From the IMG/VR virus record IMGVR_UViG_3300037418_000253: a stretch of 61,063 nt of DNA, one strand, 5' to 3'. The notes under the pieces were generated by a model. That model had not been told where the DNA came from and ran no database searches. It worked only from the letters and a program-made list of their open reading frames with translations. Shown piece by piece: positions 9,167-18,735 of the stretch (its first letter is position 1; every line of letters starts with the position of its first letter). The DNA comes from an uncultured virus (IMG/VR IMGVR_UViG_3300037418_000253) (Duplodnaviria; Heunggongvirae; Uroviricota; Caudoviricetes). The position numbers were made by a program, and so were the translations under genes.

Positions 9167-9828
9167 ACAAGGGATACGTTCGCCTTGTCAAGCACATGGG
9201 TGACGACCTTGACCCGGTTAATTCCGCCAAGGTATCCTTCGCCAAGGAAGCGGCGGAATTCGGTGAGCGTGAGGCTCGCCTTCTTGCATTTCTAAGTCGT
9301 GAGGAGCATTCTTCGGTATTTCGACACTCAGCTCTCACCTTCGAGGTTTACGCGCCGCTCTTTGTCGCACGACAGTGGTGGAAGTATGCTGTCGCCTCTA
9401 CCCATCTTGAGGACCAGAATGGCTGGAACGAGTCCAGCCGTCGTTATGTAACCGAAACCCCGGAGTTCTACGTTCCAAACGAGAATGAATGGCGCTCGTC
9501 TCCGGAAAATCGGAAGCAGGGTTCTGGTGCCCCGATTGATTCTGAGACCGGAGACAATTTTACGTGGCTCCTGGAGGCGTATATCGCCAAGGGCGAGAAC
9601 CTGTACAACGATGCGATGAACGCCGGGATTTGCGCAGAGCAGGCCCGACTATTCCTTCCCGCCTATGGCATGTATGTCCGCTGGCGTTGGACAGCCTCTC
9701 TTGGTGCTGTAATGCACTTCTTGCAGCAACGACTTGAGCACGACGCCCAGAAGGAAATTCAGGAATTCGCCATCGCTGTTCGTGACCTAACCGCCACGAA
9801 GTTCCCAGTATGCATGGGGACACTCTGA
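9142..9828 (+). CDS. thyX: Flavin-dependent thymidylate synthase
   Basis: HSSVFRH, ARQWWKY, WNESSRRY, EQARLFLP, HDAQKEI. Confidence 0.95.
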   Translation: MEEKIEVLDKGYVRLVKHMGDDLDPVNSAKVSFAKEAAEFGEREARLLAFLSREEHSSVFRHSALTFEVYAPLFVARQWWKYAVASTHLEDQNGWNESSRRYVTETPEFYVPNENEWRSSPENRKQGSGAPIDSETGDNFTWLLEAYIAKGENLYNDAMNAGICAEQARLFLPAYGMYVRWRWTASLGAVMHFLQQRLEHDAQKEIQEFAIAVRDLTATKFPVCMGTL

Positions 9829-10274
9829 TGAGAATTTGTTTCGATACTGAATTCATTGAGGACGGAATTACGATTGACCTGCTGTCAATCGGCCTCGTCA
9901 GGGAAGATGGTGCGACGTATTATGCTGAGCCCGCAGAGGCAAACCGCTCAAAGGCAAGTGATTGGGTCAAGGAGAACGTTCTTCCGAATCTGACTGGTCC
10001 AGTAAAACCTCGGCGGGTTATTGCCGAGGAGATTATCGAATTCGTTGGAGAAGACCCGGAGTTCTGGGCCTATTACGCAGATTACGACTGGGTTGCTCTT
10101 TGTCAGCTTTACGGCCGGATGATTGACCTTCCCGAGGGATGGCCGATGTTCTGCCGAGACTTCAAGCAGGCACTTGTCGAGCGTGGGCTTCAAATGCATC
10201 AGGCGGATTCCATCCACAATGCACTCGATGATGCTCAGTGGCTTTCCGATTCGATGGAGTCGCTGGGTCTGTGA
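9828..10274 (+). CDS. DEDDh 3'-5' exoribonuclease (RNase AS/Rv2179c-like)
   Basis: FDTEFIEDG..IDLLSIGLV, WAYYADYDWVALCQLYG, HNALDDA. Confidence 0.85.
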   Translation: MRICFDTEFIEDGITIDLLSIGLVREDGATYYAEPAEANRSKASDWVKENVLPNLTGPVKPRRVIAEEIIEFVGEDPEFWAYYADYDWVALCQLYGRMIDLPEGWPMFCRDFKQALVERGLQMHQADSIHNALDDAQWLSDSMESLGL

Positions 10275-10921
10275 AACTGCTTGACCTCTTTTGCTGCGGT
10301 GGTGGCGCAAGCATGGGCTACCACCAAGCTGGTTTCGAAGTAACAGGCGTGGATATCAGCCACCAGAAAAGATATCCGTTCGAGTTCATCCAGGCGGATG
10401 TGCTGGACTTGCCAAGTGAGTTTTTCGCGGGATTCGATGTCATCACCGCCTCCCCTCCCTGTCAGAAATACAGCGACCTAGCTAAACAGACTAAGCGCGA
10501 GTACCCAGACCTAATTAAAGAAGTGCGGGATATACTTCGAGACACCGGGAAGCCCTATGTCATCGAGAACGTGGACACGGCTCCGCTGGAGAACCCGATT
10601 ATGCTGTGCGGTACGATGTTTGAGGGGCTGCGGGTTTATCGACACAGAAAGTTCGAGAGTAATCTGAATCTTGTCGCCCCGGAACATCCCAGGCATATCG
10701 CCAAGGTGTATACTTATGACAGGAGAAAGCATCACTTCGGTCAAGCCCTTTCGAGTGATATGTTCGTCCAGGTAACCGGCGGCGGAAACGCGCCGGTCAA
10801 GGTTAAGGGACAGGCCATGGGCATCGACTGGATGATAAACAAGGAGCTGAACGAGGCTATTCCTCCCGCCTACACTAAATACATTGGAGAACAAATATGG
10901 CAGATACTTGGCGCGTCCTGA
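10271..10921 (+). CDS. Short C5-cytosine DNA methyltransferase
   Basis: LDLFCCGGG (motif I), SPPCQ (IV), IENV (VI), EAIPPAY (X); GTG start overlaps upstream stop. Confidence 0.85.
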   Translation: MKLLDLFCCGGGASMGYHQAGFEVTGVDISHQKRYPFEFIQADVLDLPSEFFAGFDVITASPPCQKYSDLAKQTKREYPDLIKEVRDILRDTGKPYVIENVDTAPLENPIMLCGTMFEGLRVYRHRKFESNLNLVAPEHPRHIAKVYTYDRRKHHFGQALSSDMFVQVTGGGNAPVKVKGQAMGIDWMINKELNEAIPPAYTKYIGEQIWQILGAS

Positions 10922-11097
10922 CGACGCTGGTAGACAAGGAAGACGTCCGCCGATGGGCGGCCGTAAACAATTACGAGCCGGTAGACAATGCCGACGGCTC
11001 TATCCTGGTGGGTGAATATACGGTAGTCTTTGATAGCGAGGGAAAGGTATTCTACGTTGAGCGACGAGCAGAGCACGACGAGCCAACCGCCCTCTGA
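10897..11097 (+). CDS. Hypothetical protein
   Basis: ORF with RBS GGAG. Confidence 0.6.
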   Translation: MADTWRVLTTLVDKEDVRRWAAVNNYEPVDNADGSILVGEYTVVFDSEGKVFYVERRAEHDEPTAL

Positions 11098-11323
11098 GGA
11101 GACCTCGGCTGCAAGCAGCGCATTCGACCCGACCAATTTCGGGCCGGTGGTCATTATCCAGCTTATGCGTCTATATGACGTACAGATGGCACTCCTCTCT
11201 TGCTATGACCCGGAGAAAGCTGGTATGCTGGCAGAGATGCACGAGCGGGGATTGAGTTTTACCCCTCCGCCCGCTTTTGCCGAGGAGCTGGAAAATGAAG
11301 AGACTCAAGACTCTACTGAGTAA
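11057..11323 (+). CDS. Hypothetical protein
   Basis: ORF in operon; start uncertain (TTG). Confidence 0.6.
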   Translation: MSDEQSTTSQPPSEETSAASSAFDPTNFGPVVIIQLMRLYDVQMALLSCYDPEKAGMLAEMHERGLSFTPPPAFAEELENEETQDSTE

Positions 11324-11385
11324 TTTGAAGCAAGCCTGGATTCTGTCCGGGCTTCTTCTACGTTCGGTACCGGAGGCTGACAAAT

Positions 11386-11565
11386 ATGTTTCGCATGATT
11401 AGGCGCTGTACGCACAGTAATGTGCGGTGTATTCACGGTGACGAAATTCGTGAGCGAGGCTGGAGGCGTCGGTCGTGTCTGGATTGCGGCCGAGCTGTAA
11501 AGGGTCCGCTGCCTGAGATGTGCTGGTTCACCAACCAGAAACACTATTCGCTATTGCAGCCGTGA
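11386..11565 (+). CDS. 59-aa Cys/His protein (CTH..CIHGDEI..CLDCG)
   Basis: Below ORF-track cutoff; RBS GGAGG; MFRMIRRCTHSNVRCIHGDEI... Confidence 0.7.
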   Translation: MFRMIRRCTHSNVRCIHGDEIRERGWRRRSCLDCGRAVKGPLPEMCWFTNQKHYSLLQP

Positions 11566-11701
11566 CTCCCCGTATACTGGTGTAACTCAGAGTTACCTTT
11601 TTATGGGGACCAAAATGTTAAAAATTTTTTGTGATGTATGATATGGCCGGCATTTCTTTATTTGCATTTGCAAATAGTGCGCCCATATCTTTATCGGAAT
11701 T

Positions 11702-11726
11702 CTCCCCCATATTCCCTATGGGGGAG
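11702..11726 (-). terminator. Hairpin at convergence of two transcription units
   Basis: CTCCCCCATA-TTCCC-TATGGGGGAG. Confidence 0.55.
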
Positions 11727-11735
11727 TCTCCGAGC

Positions 11736-11882
11736 TTATCCGAGCGATGCCGAAATAATGCCTAGGATTATCGCTCCGAATACCGCGACAGCTCCCGCGA
11801 CAAAGACAGCGATAAAGCATAGAAACAGTCCGGAGATAGGGAGCAAAGCTAGCGCAGTGATTATGCGCGCGGTTGTTCTCAT
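11736..11882 (-). CDS. 48-aa membrane protein
   Basis: MRTTARIITALALLPISGLFLCFIAVFVAG...; ATGA overlap with upstream gene. Confidence 0.65.
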   Translation of the reverse strand: MRTTARIITALALLPISGLFLCFIAVFVAGAVAVFGAIILGIISASLG

Positions 11883-12127
11883 GAGCCGATACCCATTAGG
11901 CGATATTCCGTCTCAGTATCGATGAAAACCGGTTCACCCTTGACCATGACATAGGCACTACCCGCGTTGCCGTATTGCATCATGCGCACTCTACGCCATA
12001 CGCCTAGATAGCGGATTAGGTAGCGCGTAGGGATAGCTCCCCCATATCCGGTAACAGTCTGACCATGCCTAGGGATAGGCGTAACACGTACGCTTGTGAC
12101 GTGCCTAGGGTCCGTATAGGTGACCAT
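11879..12127 (-). CDS. Hypothetical protein
   Basis: Coupled ORF. Confidence 0.75.
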   Translation of the reverse strand: MVTYTDPRHVTSVRVTPIPRHGQTVTGYGGAIPTRYLIRYLGVWRRVRMMQYGNAGSAYVMVKGEPVFIDTETEYRLMGIGS

Positions 12128-12456
12128 TACTCGTCATCCCCTAGCCATTCGGCGTATTCGGCCTCTAAGGCTTTGTACGCCCGTTCTAGGGCCCGTGCAT
12201 TGTCGTACCTAGTGACATGCCAGAACCCTAGAGAATCCTCTATACAAAGGAAGTGCCCCCGGATATCGGCGTTAGAGATACCGGCCGATTCCGTAGGGAA
12301 TGCCTGCCTAATCTCCGGAATCTCCCTAGCGTCATTAGAGATACGCGCAAAGAATCCGGTAGGGCATTCCACGCTCCCGCTAGACGCGTTAGCCCAACCC
12401 TCTAGGGACATGACGTATAGCAGTCTGTCCCTATCGCTATCGAATTTACCGGGCAT
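12127..12456 (-). CDS. Hypothetical protein
   Basis: RBS GGAGG before MPGKF. Confidence 0.75.
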   Translation of the reverse strand: MPGKFDSDRDRLLYVMSLEGWANASSGSVECPTGFFARISNDAREIPEIRQAFPTESAGISNADIRGHFLCIEDSLGFWHVTRYDNARALERAYKALEAEYAEWLGDDE

Positions 12457-12458
12457 AG

Positions 12459-12770
12459 CTATTCCTCCCATTCTAGGGCAGTGGCTAGCCATTGGTGGCT
12501 AGCGTGCAAGCCACAAAGGATAACCGGCCTATCCCTACCGACATAGACAATGACTCTATCCGTAGAGTGATTGTCGGACCCTAGATATTCGCATGGTTTC
12601 AAATACCTACGGTGGACAATGCGGTAGCGGTATTCGGGCGCATTGTCGCGGTAAGCTTTCAAATCCGGCCGGATATCTGCCGGATTCTCGGATTGTTCGA
12701 TGTCCTCCCAACCTAAACCGTAGTGCCCTTGCAACACGTAGCGATAGCGGTATTTGGTCACCCTAGCCAT
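12459..12770 (-). CDS. Hypothetical protein
   Basis: Tightly packed ORF. Confidence 0.75.
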   Translation of the reverse strand: MARVTKYRYRYVLQGHYGLGWEDIEQSENPADIRPDLKAYRDNAPEYRYRIVHRRYLKPCEYLGSDNHSTDRVIVYVGRDRPVILCGLHASHQWLATALEWEE

Positions 12771-12772
12771 AG

Positions 12773-13111
12773 CTACCGGTCCCCCTTGATTCGGCGCAAT
12801 GAAACATAGGTGCCCGATTCACTAGGCCCTATGCCTGCCCACATTCGGCCATGCACGTCACGCATACGGATAAAGGTTTGTCGCCTATTCCGGTTTAGGT
12901 AGGTGACGTGCCCTAGCGTGCCACCAGACCACGTAATAACGTGCGAGTCATCGCTAGACAGATATGCGAAATACCGCGTAGCTGTCTTTAGGTCTTCCCT
13001 TTGCGCATTGTCTGCGCAGTCATAACAAAGGGTCTCGCCATTCGGCATGCGTGCATATCCGGTCCCGATACCGCTAGGCGTAGGCTCATGTCCGCAGTCC
13101 AGCTTAGACAT
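12773..13111 (-). CDS. Hypothetical protein (CGH...CYDC)
   Basis: Tightly packed ORF. Confidence 0.75.
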   Translation of the reverse strand: MSKLDCGHEPTPSGIGTGYARMPNGETLCYDCADNAQREDLKTATRYFAYLSSDDSHVITWSGGTLGHVTYLNRNRRQTFIRMRDVHGRMWAGIGPSESGTYVSLRRIKGDR

Positions 13112-13424
13112 AGCGCACACCCAATTGACTAAGGGCAGTGCTAATGCGTGACTGGTGGCGAGTAGTGGTCACACTGTATTTCTCGTTAGGCATAACCCAA
13201 CCATCCGGCGTATGCCATGCGATAGGCGTGCGGTAGCTATAAACGACGTAATCGGCCGTAGGGATGATGTCGTGATACTGCCTAGGCAGACTGCCTAGCG
13301 TGTATCCAACGTGCCTAGCAACGCCACAGACACCCTTTAGCGCGCCATGCGTAGAGAATGACTCTAGGCGTGCCAGCACGTCTCTAAAGTCCATCCATGA
13401 GCTACGGGTGGTTAGGTTTTTCAT
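13104..13424 (-). CDS. Hypothetical protein (VYSYRTPIAW...YSVTTTRHQS family)
   Basis: Motif typical of small early phage proteins; RBS AGGA. Confidence 0.75.
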   Translation of the reverse strand: MKNLTTRSSWMDFRDVLARLESFSTHGALKGVCGVARHVGYTLGSLPRQYHDIIPTADYVVYSYRTPIAWHTPDGWVMPNEKYSVTTTRHQSRISTALSQLGVRYV

Positions 13425-13458
13425 TCTGGTTTCCTATCGTGAGGGTTGGTGACTGGCA

Positions 13459-13797
13459 TTAGACGTTTGTTACTCGCATTCCTCCCCTAGGCCCGTATTC
13501 GATGCGCCTAGAAAACTCGCCTATGGTGCCATCATTCCACAAAGGGTAAAGGTCCATAACGGCTGTTTCGTCTACTGCGGGAGTGCGCGTGGATTCAATG
13601 ACAGTAGAGACACTAGCTAGCGTCATGTCATCGGTAACGTAAATCCGGCGGATTTGTGCCCAACCCATATAGCGCAACCCAAACTCACGCTTTGCAGCTT
13701 TCAACGTAGGGAAGTATTCGGCATGGTCGCTCATGTATCCGGGGGCATAGCTATATCCGCCATGCCACAAAGCAACCCAACCCTTTAGCGTGCGCAT
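13459..13797 (-). CDS. Hypothetical protein
   Basis: Start MRTLKG coupled to upstream stop; C-terminal GPRGG. Confidence 0.7.
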   Translation of the reverse strand: MRTLKGWVALWHGGYSYAPGYMSDHAEYFPTLKAAKREFGLRYMGWAQIRRIYVTDDMTLASVSTVIESTRTPAVDETAVMDLYPLWNDGTIGEFSRRIEYGPRGGMRVTNV

Positions 13798-13898
13798 CAG
13801 TAGGGAAGTGTCGAGATAGCGGACACAAGGGCAGTGATGCCGTAGAGAATGGCAACCACCAAACCTACGGGAAGAATCATCGCGAGAATGTGAAACAT
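13797..13898 (-). CDS. 33-aa membrane peptide
   Basis: MFHILAMILPVGLVVAILYG... Confidence 0.5.
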   Translation of the reverse strand: MFHILAMILPVGLVVAILYGITALVSAISTLPY

Positions 13899-13984
13899 GA
13901 GCTTTCCAATCTGTGAGGGTAAATCCGGCCGGATTAGCCAGACTAGGCAATGCCCTATGCGAGATAGGGCACACCTAGCTAGGT

Positions 13985-14200
13985 CTAATACCAAGAATCA
14001 GGGTCGAAATTGGCGCTACCGGGGCAACGGCAATTGTCTGTGTCATGCATGGCCAACGATGCCCGGTTTTTATCTCCGATGTATGCGTGTCCATCCATGC
14101 CGGTCCATCGGTCTTGTTTCTCGGATATAGGCAAGTCATCGTTATTGCATGTGCAGCTATTCCGGAATTCTGCACCGCATTCCTCGCACCAAATTTCCAT
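13985..14200 (-). CDS. Cys-rich hypothetical protein
   Basis: CEECG..CTC...CRC; RBS GGGAG. Confidence 0.65.
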   Translation of the reverse strand: MEIWCEECGAEFRNSCTCNNDDLPISEKQDRWTGMDGHAYIGDKNRASLAMHDTDNCRCPGSANFDPDSWY

Positions 14201-15000
14201 TACCGCTCCCTAGTGTTCAACGTTCGGACAGTGGGAAGACTACGCGCGATAACGCTAGGTGCGTAGGAAAATCCATAGCTGTCTAGTCCAGAAATTTCTT
14301 TACCTAAAAGAGCTTGACAAATCGATATTCCTCTGGGAAAATGCCGGCCTCTGAGATAGTTGCATGGTGCAACCAAGTTTTTACTCAAACTAACAACCGT
14401 AAATCATTTAAGAAACCCCTCGAAAATCCCCAATTTTTCTGGCGTTTCTTCGAATATTCGGCTGGAATTAAAGAAATTCGCATTATTCTGGCGATATTTT
14501 GAAAAAAATGCGAAAGGCTTTTGCGACTGGGACAGAGACGGAGTCTCTGTCCATTACCCATACCCACTGCATAACTATGTCTAGCAATGCATATTCACTG
14601 ACCTGTAACGGCTTTCGCTGTCTGCCCTACGTAGGCACATGCCCTACACATGCCCTAGAAAGCCGTGAGCGCTTGGCTGGCAGCCTAGAAACCGTCCTAG
14701 GTCTCTGTGGACCCCGGACACGAGACAAGCGCTTAGACAGCCGCACAGCCATTCTCTGTACCACGTTTTGTACAGCTCTGCCGACAGGCTCAAGGCTAAT
14801 ACAGTCGATGCTACAAAAAAGCTCTGTACGCCTGCCTACGGACCTAACAAGCCTGCCTAGGTGTCTGTGTCTGTCTGGCTAGGTTCTAGAGCCTTAGAGC
14901 CGTTTCTAGGGTGTCTCTGGTCTAGGTCTGTCTTCCTGCCCTTGCCGACACACAACCGGCCGTTTTCTGCCTAAAGGCTTTAGACCTAAAGTCTAGGGGC

Positions 15001-15032
15001 AAAAGAAAAGCGGGGCCCCGTAGGGCCCCGCC
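15001..15032 (-). terminator. Intrinsic terminator
   Basis: GCGGGGCCC-TACG-GGGCCCCGC + TTTTCTTTT on minus strand. Confidence 0.8.
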
Positions 15033-15036
15033 AGTC

Positions 15037-15141
15037 TCAGAACATCACCGCCAGTGCCAGCCTGAATATCAGCCAAGCAACCAATAGGGCAGGACCGCCA
15101 ACAATCCCGCAGACAACTAGAAAGCCGAATAGGTCACGCAT
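15037..15141 (-). CDS. 34-aa membrane peptide
   Basis: MRDLFGFLVVCGIVGGPALLVAWLIFRLALAVMF. Confidence 0.5.
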   Translation of the reverse strand: MRDLFGFLVVCGIVGGPALLVAWLIFRLALAVMF

Positions 15142-15180
15142 TAGCTCATTATCTGAATCACGGTTAGTCATCGTCTCCCT

Positions 15181-15918
15181 CTATCGCTTAGTCCGGGAGA
15201 ACAGAACATCCCCGCGTCCATCAATGCAGATTCCGCAACGAACACACGCGGAACCCTTTTCCGAGATAATCGGAATCGACTTACGGTTTTCGGGACATGC
15301 GTAAGTCTTGCGCGCACTGTCCAGAATGGTTGCCCGCGCGTCATCGAACGTATCGGCAACCGTGGCGATATTCACGCCATACTCAGCCGCCCGCTTATTG
15401 GCAAGCTCAATATTTACCGGGTCGGCCGACAGATACACCGTGAGATTGTCGATGCCGACGATTACCGGCAGGACATTGAGGGAGTCACTAAAGGAACGCG
15501 TGTAAACCCAAAACTTGATTTCGGGGAATTCCCGAATTACCCGCGCCCACGCTTCCGCGTAATCGACGGAAAAGAAATCCCCGTCCCAATGAATGCGGAA
15601 AAGCTTAGGCGCATTCCGGTAAACACATTCGGCGTCAAACATCCGAATCATGTTGCGGATTTCTTCCGCCATACCGTCGATACCGTCAAGGTAATCCGCG
15701 TAAAGCAGAGTTTCGAAGTTACGGACCAATACCGCCTTGACACCCTTATAAACCTTTTCCAGCTTTCCGGCGTAGCAGATACGCTCACAAAAGCTAGTTG
15801 CCCCCGGACACGCGAAAGCCTTACCGGCGGGCAGGCCAAACGCGTTAGCGATTTTCGGAGTCTTGCCGTTCGGAGAAACGGCATTAGTCACCTTACGGTC
15901 GTTAGACGCGACCAACAT
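15181..15918 (-). CDS. Gp88-family protein (radical-SAM-like Cys cluster)
   Basis: FGLPAG..CPGATSFCERICYA, FRIHWDGDFFS, FWVYTRS, C-terminal CP..CVRCGIC. Confidence 0.7.
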   Translation of the reverse strand: MLVASNDRKVTNAVSPNGKTPKIANAFGLPAGKAFACPGATSFCERICYAGKLEKVYKGVKAVLVRNFETLLYADYLDGIDGMAEEIRNMIRMFDAECVYRNAPKLFRIHWDGDFFSVDYAEAWARVIREFPEIKFWVYTRSFSDSLNVLPVIVGIDNLTVYLSADPVNIELANKRAAEYGVNIATVADTFDDARATILDSARKTYACPENRKSIPIISEKGSACVRCGICIDGRGDVLFSRTKR

Positions 15919-16015
15919 ATTTCTTACTCCCGAGATAGCTTTAGCCTACTGATTAGCAGACTTAGCGAATATCCGGCCGAAATCCGGCCGGATAATCACT
16001 AGGCTCGCTAGCCAG

Positions 16016-16402
16016 TCACTTACTGGGGTGATATCTCACCCGATGCTCAACGACCGTTCCGCCATTCTCGAAAGAGGCACCGGCCGAAATCCAACGACCG
16101 TAACCATTCTTGCGAGCATGCGCCGCACACTTGCGCCGTACGGCATCGCACTTATCAGCAGGACCACGGGCAATAACCCACACCCCACCGAATTCGTCAA
16201 TGCCGCTATCCGTTACCGTAATCGGCCGGATAACGTCAAGCTTTTGAGGCTTTCCGAATGTCTCGCGGTCTCCATTCTCGAAATAGACCATTTCTTGGGT
16301 GTCCGGATAATTGCTATCCGGGCGGTGGCTCCGAACGGTGCCCAATTCCGGGGCATCCCGCAGAATGTCGCCCGACTGCAATTCGGTAACGTCTACCTGC
16401 AT
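16016..16402 (-). CDS. Hypothetical protein
   Basis: RBS AAGGAG before MQVDV. Confidence 0.75.
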   Translation of the reverse strand: MQVDVTELQSGDILRDAPELGTVRSHRPDSNYPDTQEMVYFENGDRETFGKPQKLDVIRPITVTDSGIDEFGGVWVIARGPADKCDAVRRKCAAHARKNGYGRWISAGASFENGGTVVEHRVRYHPSK

Positions 16403-16482
16403 TGCTTTTCTCCTTTGCCTAGCGGACATAGCCAAAGACAACCGGCCGAACCGTATTGCCTATGACTAAATGCGCTAGGGCA

Positions 16483-16806
16483 TTACTCGCAGTGCGTCGC
16501 CCAATAGGCAACGTTCGGCACGTACCCAAGAGCGTCACTGTCCGGACGCTCAAACACCAAAAGCGGCACACCCTTACGGGATTCATAGGTAATCGAGTCT
16601 TCCCGAACGTTCGGAATCGGGAAGCTATTACCGTCCAGCGTGTGAACGGTAATGGTCACCAGGAATTCCGGCCGCATGAGCTTTTCCCGCAGTGCAGCGA
16701 CAGCAGCGTCAGACGCGAGACTGTCAGTCTCGGTAAATCCGTCGTGCTCCGGACACACCGCATATCCGTCGTACACATCCGGCTCATTGCAGGCGCATTC
16801 GAACAT
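16483..16806 (-). CDS. Hypothetical protein
   Basis: ORF between hairpin elements, RBS. Confidence 0.75.
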   Translation of the reverse strand: MFECACNEPDVYDGYAVCPEHDGFTETDSLASDAAVAALREKLMRPEFLVTITVHTLDGNSFPIPNVREDSITYESRKGVPLLVFERPDSDALGYVPNVAYWATHCE

Positions 16807-16831
16807 TAGGCTTTCCTTTCCTAGTTCCTAG

Positions 16832-17231
16832 CGGACATAGCGAACGGGCACAGCGTGCCCGCCGCTAAATGCGTTAGGAATTGTCCGCGTCCCAGCATTC
16901 GGCCGAACAGTAATCCTCGGACTTACCGCAGCGCTTACCGCACCACTCGCAGCGCTTGACGTTCGGGCATTCACCCAAATTCAAGTGACGCTCATTCGGG
17001 ACAACGAAATGTCCCGCGAAAGCCGCTTCCGTTTCCAGCCTTTCACCGCAACCGGAGCACTTACCGCTGAATGGCGTACGCGCCATTCCCGCAATTTCCC
17101 TTTCGAGCTTTTCCGCTTCCGCCCGCATTTCAGCGGCACGGGCGGTAAGGATTTCGAGCTTTGTACGCATTTTCTTTTCCCTTTCGGATAGACGGACATA
17201 GCGAACGGGCACAGCGTGCCCGCCGCTAAAT
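16832..17231. repeat. Exact 39-bp direct repeat (16832-16870, 17193-17231) flanking one gene
   Basis: CGGACATAGCGAACGGGCACAGCGTGCCCGCCGCTAAAT twice; self-complementary. Confidence 0.9.
16874..17170 (-). CDS. Coiled-coil + Zn-finger hypothetical protein
   Basis: MRTKLE...CSGCG...CEWCG..YCSAEC. Confidence 0.7.
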   Translation of the reverse strand: MRTKLEILTARAAEMRAEAEKLEREIAGMARTPFSGKCSGCGERLETEAAFAGHFVVPNERHLNLGECPNVKRCEWCGKRCGKSEDYCSAECWDADNS

Positions 17232-17483
17232 CTAGCTATCGGAAAGCTCACGCTTGAAAAGCGCTTTTTCCTTTCGACGGATTTCCCGCCGCAGCTTCGG
17301 CCCCTTTTCCCCCTCATCCGAATAGCGGTGCGAAACAATCCGACTACTCGAAATAACCCCCTTACCCGCGCGGTCGTTTACCGAACGGTGCCGCTTAACC
17401 CCGGTACCGGGAACGGGGATTCCCTTACCGCTATTGGCGAAAGCTTCCGCCGCCATAGCGATACGCAATTCACCGTAATTCAA
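17232..17483 (-). CDS. Basic hypothetical protein
   Basis: Arg/Lys-rich ORF; start uncertain. Confidence 0.6.
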   Translation of the reverse strand: MNYGELRIAMAAEAFANSGKGIPVPGTGVKRHRSVNDRAGKGVISSSRIVSHRYSDEGEKGPKLRREIRRKEKALFKRELSDS

Positions 17484-17484
17484 T

Positions 17485-18033
17485 TCACGCTCCCAAATCG
17501 ATAAGCGCCCACCGCTTTTGAGCGGGCAGGAAGACAACATTGTCTTTGTGCAAATCGGTTAGTCCGGTTGCGTAGCTAATTCTCTCGATTGTGTCCCAAC
17601 CACATTCGGAGAATTCCGGGCCGCACTGGCATTCATCTTCCAAGATGCAACCTATGGAAACGTTAATGCCCGCGCAATATTCCATAGCGATAACCGATAC
17701 CCGGCCGATTTCATACAGCCAAGCTTTCGGAATGTACGCGCCGGATTCCTTTACCGCTTCCGAATAGCGCAATTCCAGAATGTGCTCATATTCGCCACGG
17801 TTACTCTGTCCCTTTCGGAATCCCCTTTCTACTTTGTAGACAATTCCGGTAGGCGAGAGATACGCCGTACGGAATTCACCCGAACCAATTTTTTCCCAAC
17901 CGTTCGGCACACTGCCCGCGCGGTGACCGGTCAAGATGGTTTCAGCTTCCGCCATGCTGCCAATCGGCACAGCAACCCCTAGAGAGTGTCTGTGCGCCCG
18001 TGTGAGCGCCGTTTGTGGGTTGGTTGGGAACAT
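17485..18033 (-). CDS. Minimal protein-kinase-fold protein
   Basis: IGSGEFRTAY (Gly loop), VYKVE, NRGEY, AMEY, DLHKDNV, LIDLG. Confidence 0.75.
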   Translation of the reverse strand: MFPTNPQTALTRAHRHSLGVAVPIGSMAEAETILTGHRAGSVPNGWEKIGSGEFRTAYLSPTGIVYKVERGFRKGQSNRGEYEHILELRYSEAVKESGAYIPKAWLYEIGRVSVIAMEYCAGINVSIGCILEDECQCGPEFSECGWDTIERISYATGLTDLHKDNVVFLPAQKRWALIDLGA

Positions 18034-18104
18034 GTGCCAGGGTGGCTATCCGAACGTGCCAGACAGCCACCCAGCGATTTTTTGTGCTGTGGTTTGTACT
18101 GTGC

Positions 18105-18278
18105 TCAGATGGTGAGCGGAACGGTGCCGGTAACGGTCACGTTGTCAACGTCAACCCAATCGGCCAGAGACTCACTCACGTTGTCCCCGTCGAAAAGGAC
18201 GAACACCTTACCGGCATTGTTCGCCATGCCACGGGCAACGATGATGCCGGAAGCGCCATTGACGGTAACGGTACGCAT
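18105..18278 (-). CDS. Hypothetical protein
   Basis: RBS GGGAG before MRTVTV. Confidence 0.65.
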   Translation of the reverse strand: MRTVTVNGASGIIVARGMANNAGKVFVLFDGDNVSESLADWVDVDNVTVTGTVPLTI

Positions 18279-18376
18279 TATTTGTTTCTCCCTATTCGGG
18301 TTTCTGCGCTTGACGTTCTGCGCATTCCACGCGTGCCACTCCGGAGAGTGGCACGCATAGGCTTTGCAGACTGCCG

Positions 18377-18637
18377 TTATCCGTTCGGGTAAGTCTTGGA
18401 CCACACGGGAGAAACGCCACGCTTAGAAAGCCACGCGTTCACATCCTTAAGCGCTCCCCGGTTTGTGCGCTTGACGGTAATACCGTCATTCTGCGCAACC
18501 GACAGACAAGAGATGCGGGTAAGGGACAATCCCGTATCCATTTTCAGAATGAGCCCGCGCCGAATATTCATGACGCGGAATACCATCACGTCATCACCCG
18601 TAATGGTGGTGCCGCTTTCGTCAGACTGAATTGCCAT
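18377..18637 (-). CDS. Hypothetical protein
   Basis: ORF between hairpin elements. Confidence 0.7.
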   Translation of the reverse strand: MAIQSDESGTTITGDDVMVFRVMNIRRGLILKMDTGLSLTRISCLSVAQNDGITVKRTNRGALKDVNAWLSKRGVSPVWSKTYPNG

Positions 18638-18735
18638 TGTCCAACCTTTCAAGCTTTGTTCTCTGCGCTTACTGCGCATTCCACACGAGCCGGATACCGA
18701 AATATCCGGCTCGCATAGGCTTTGCAGCGGGCATT

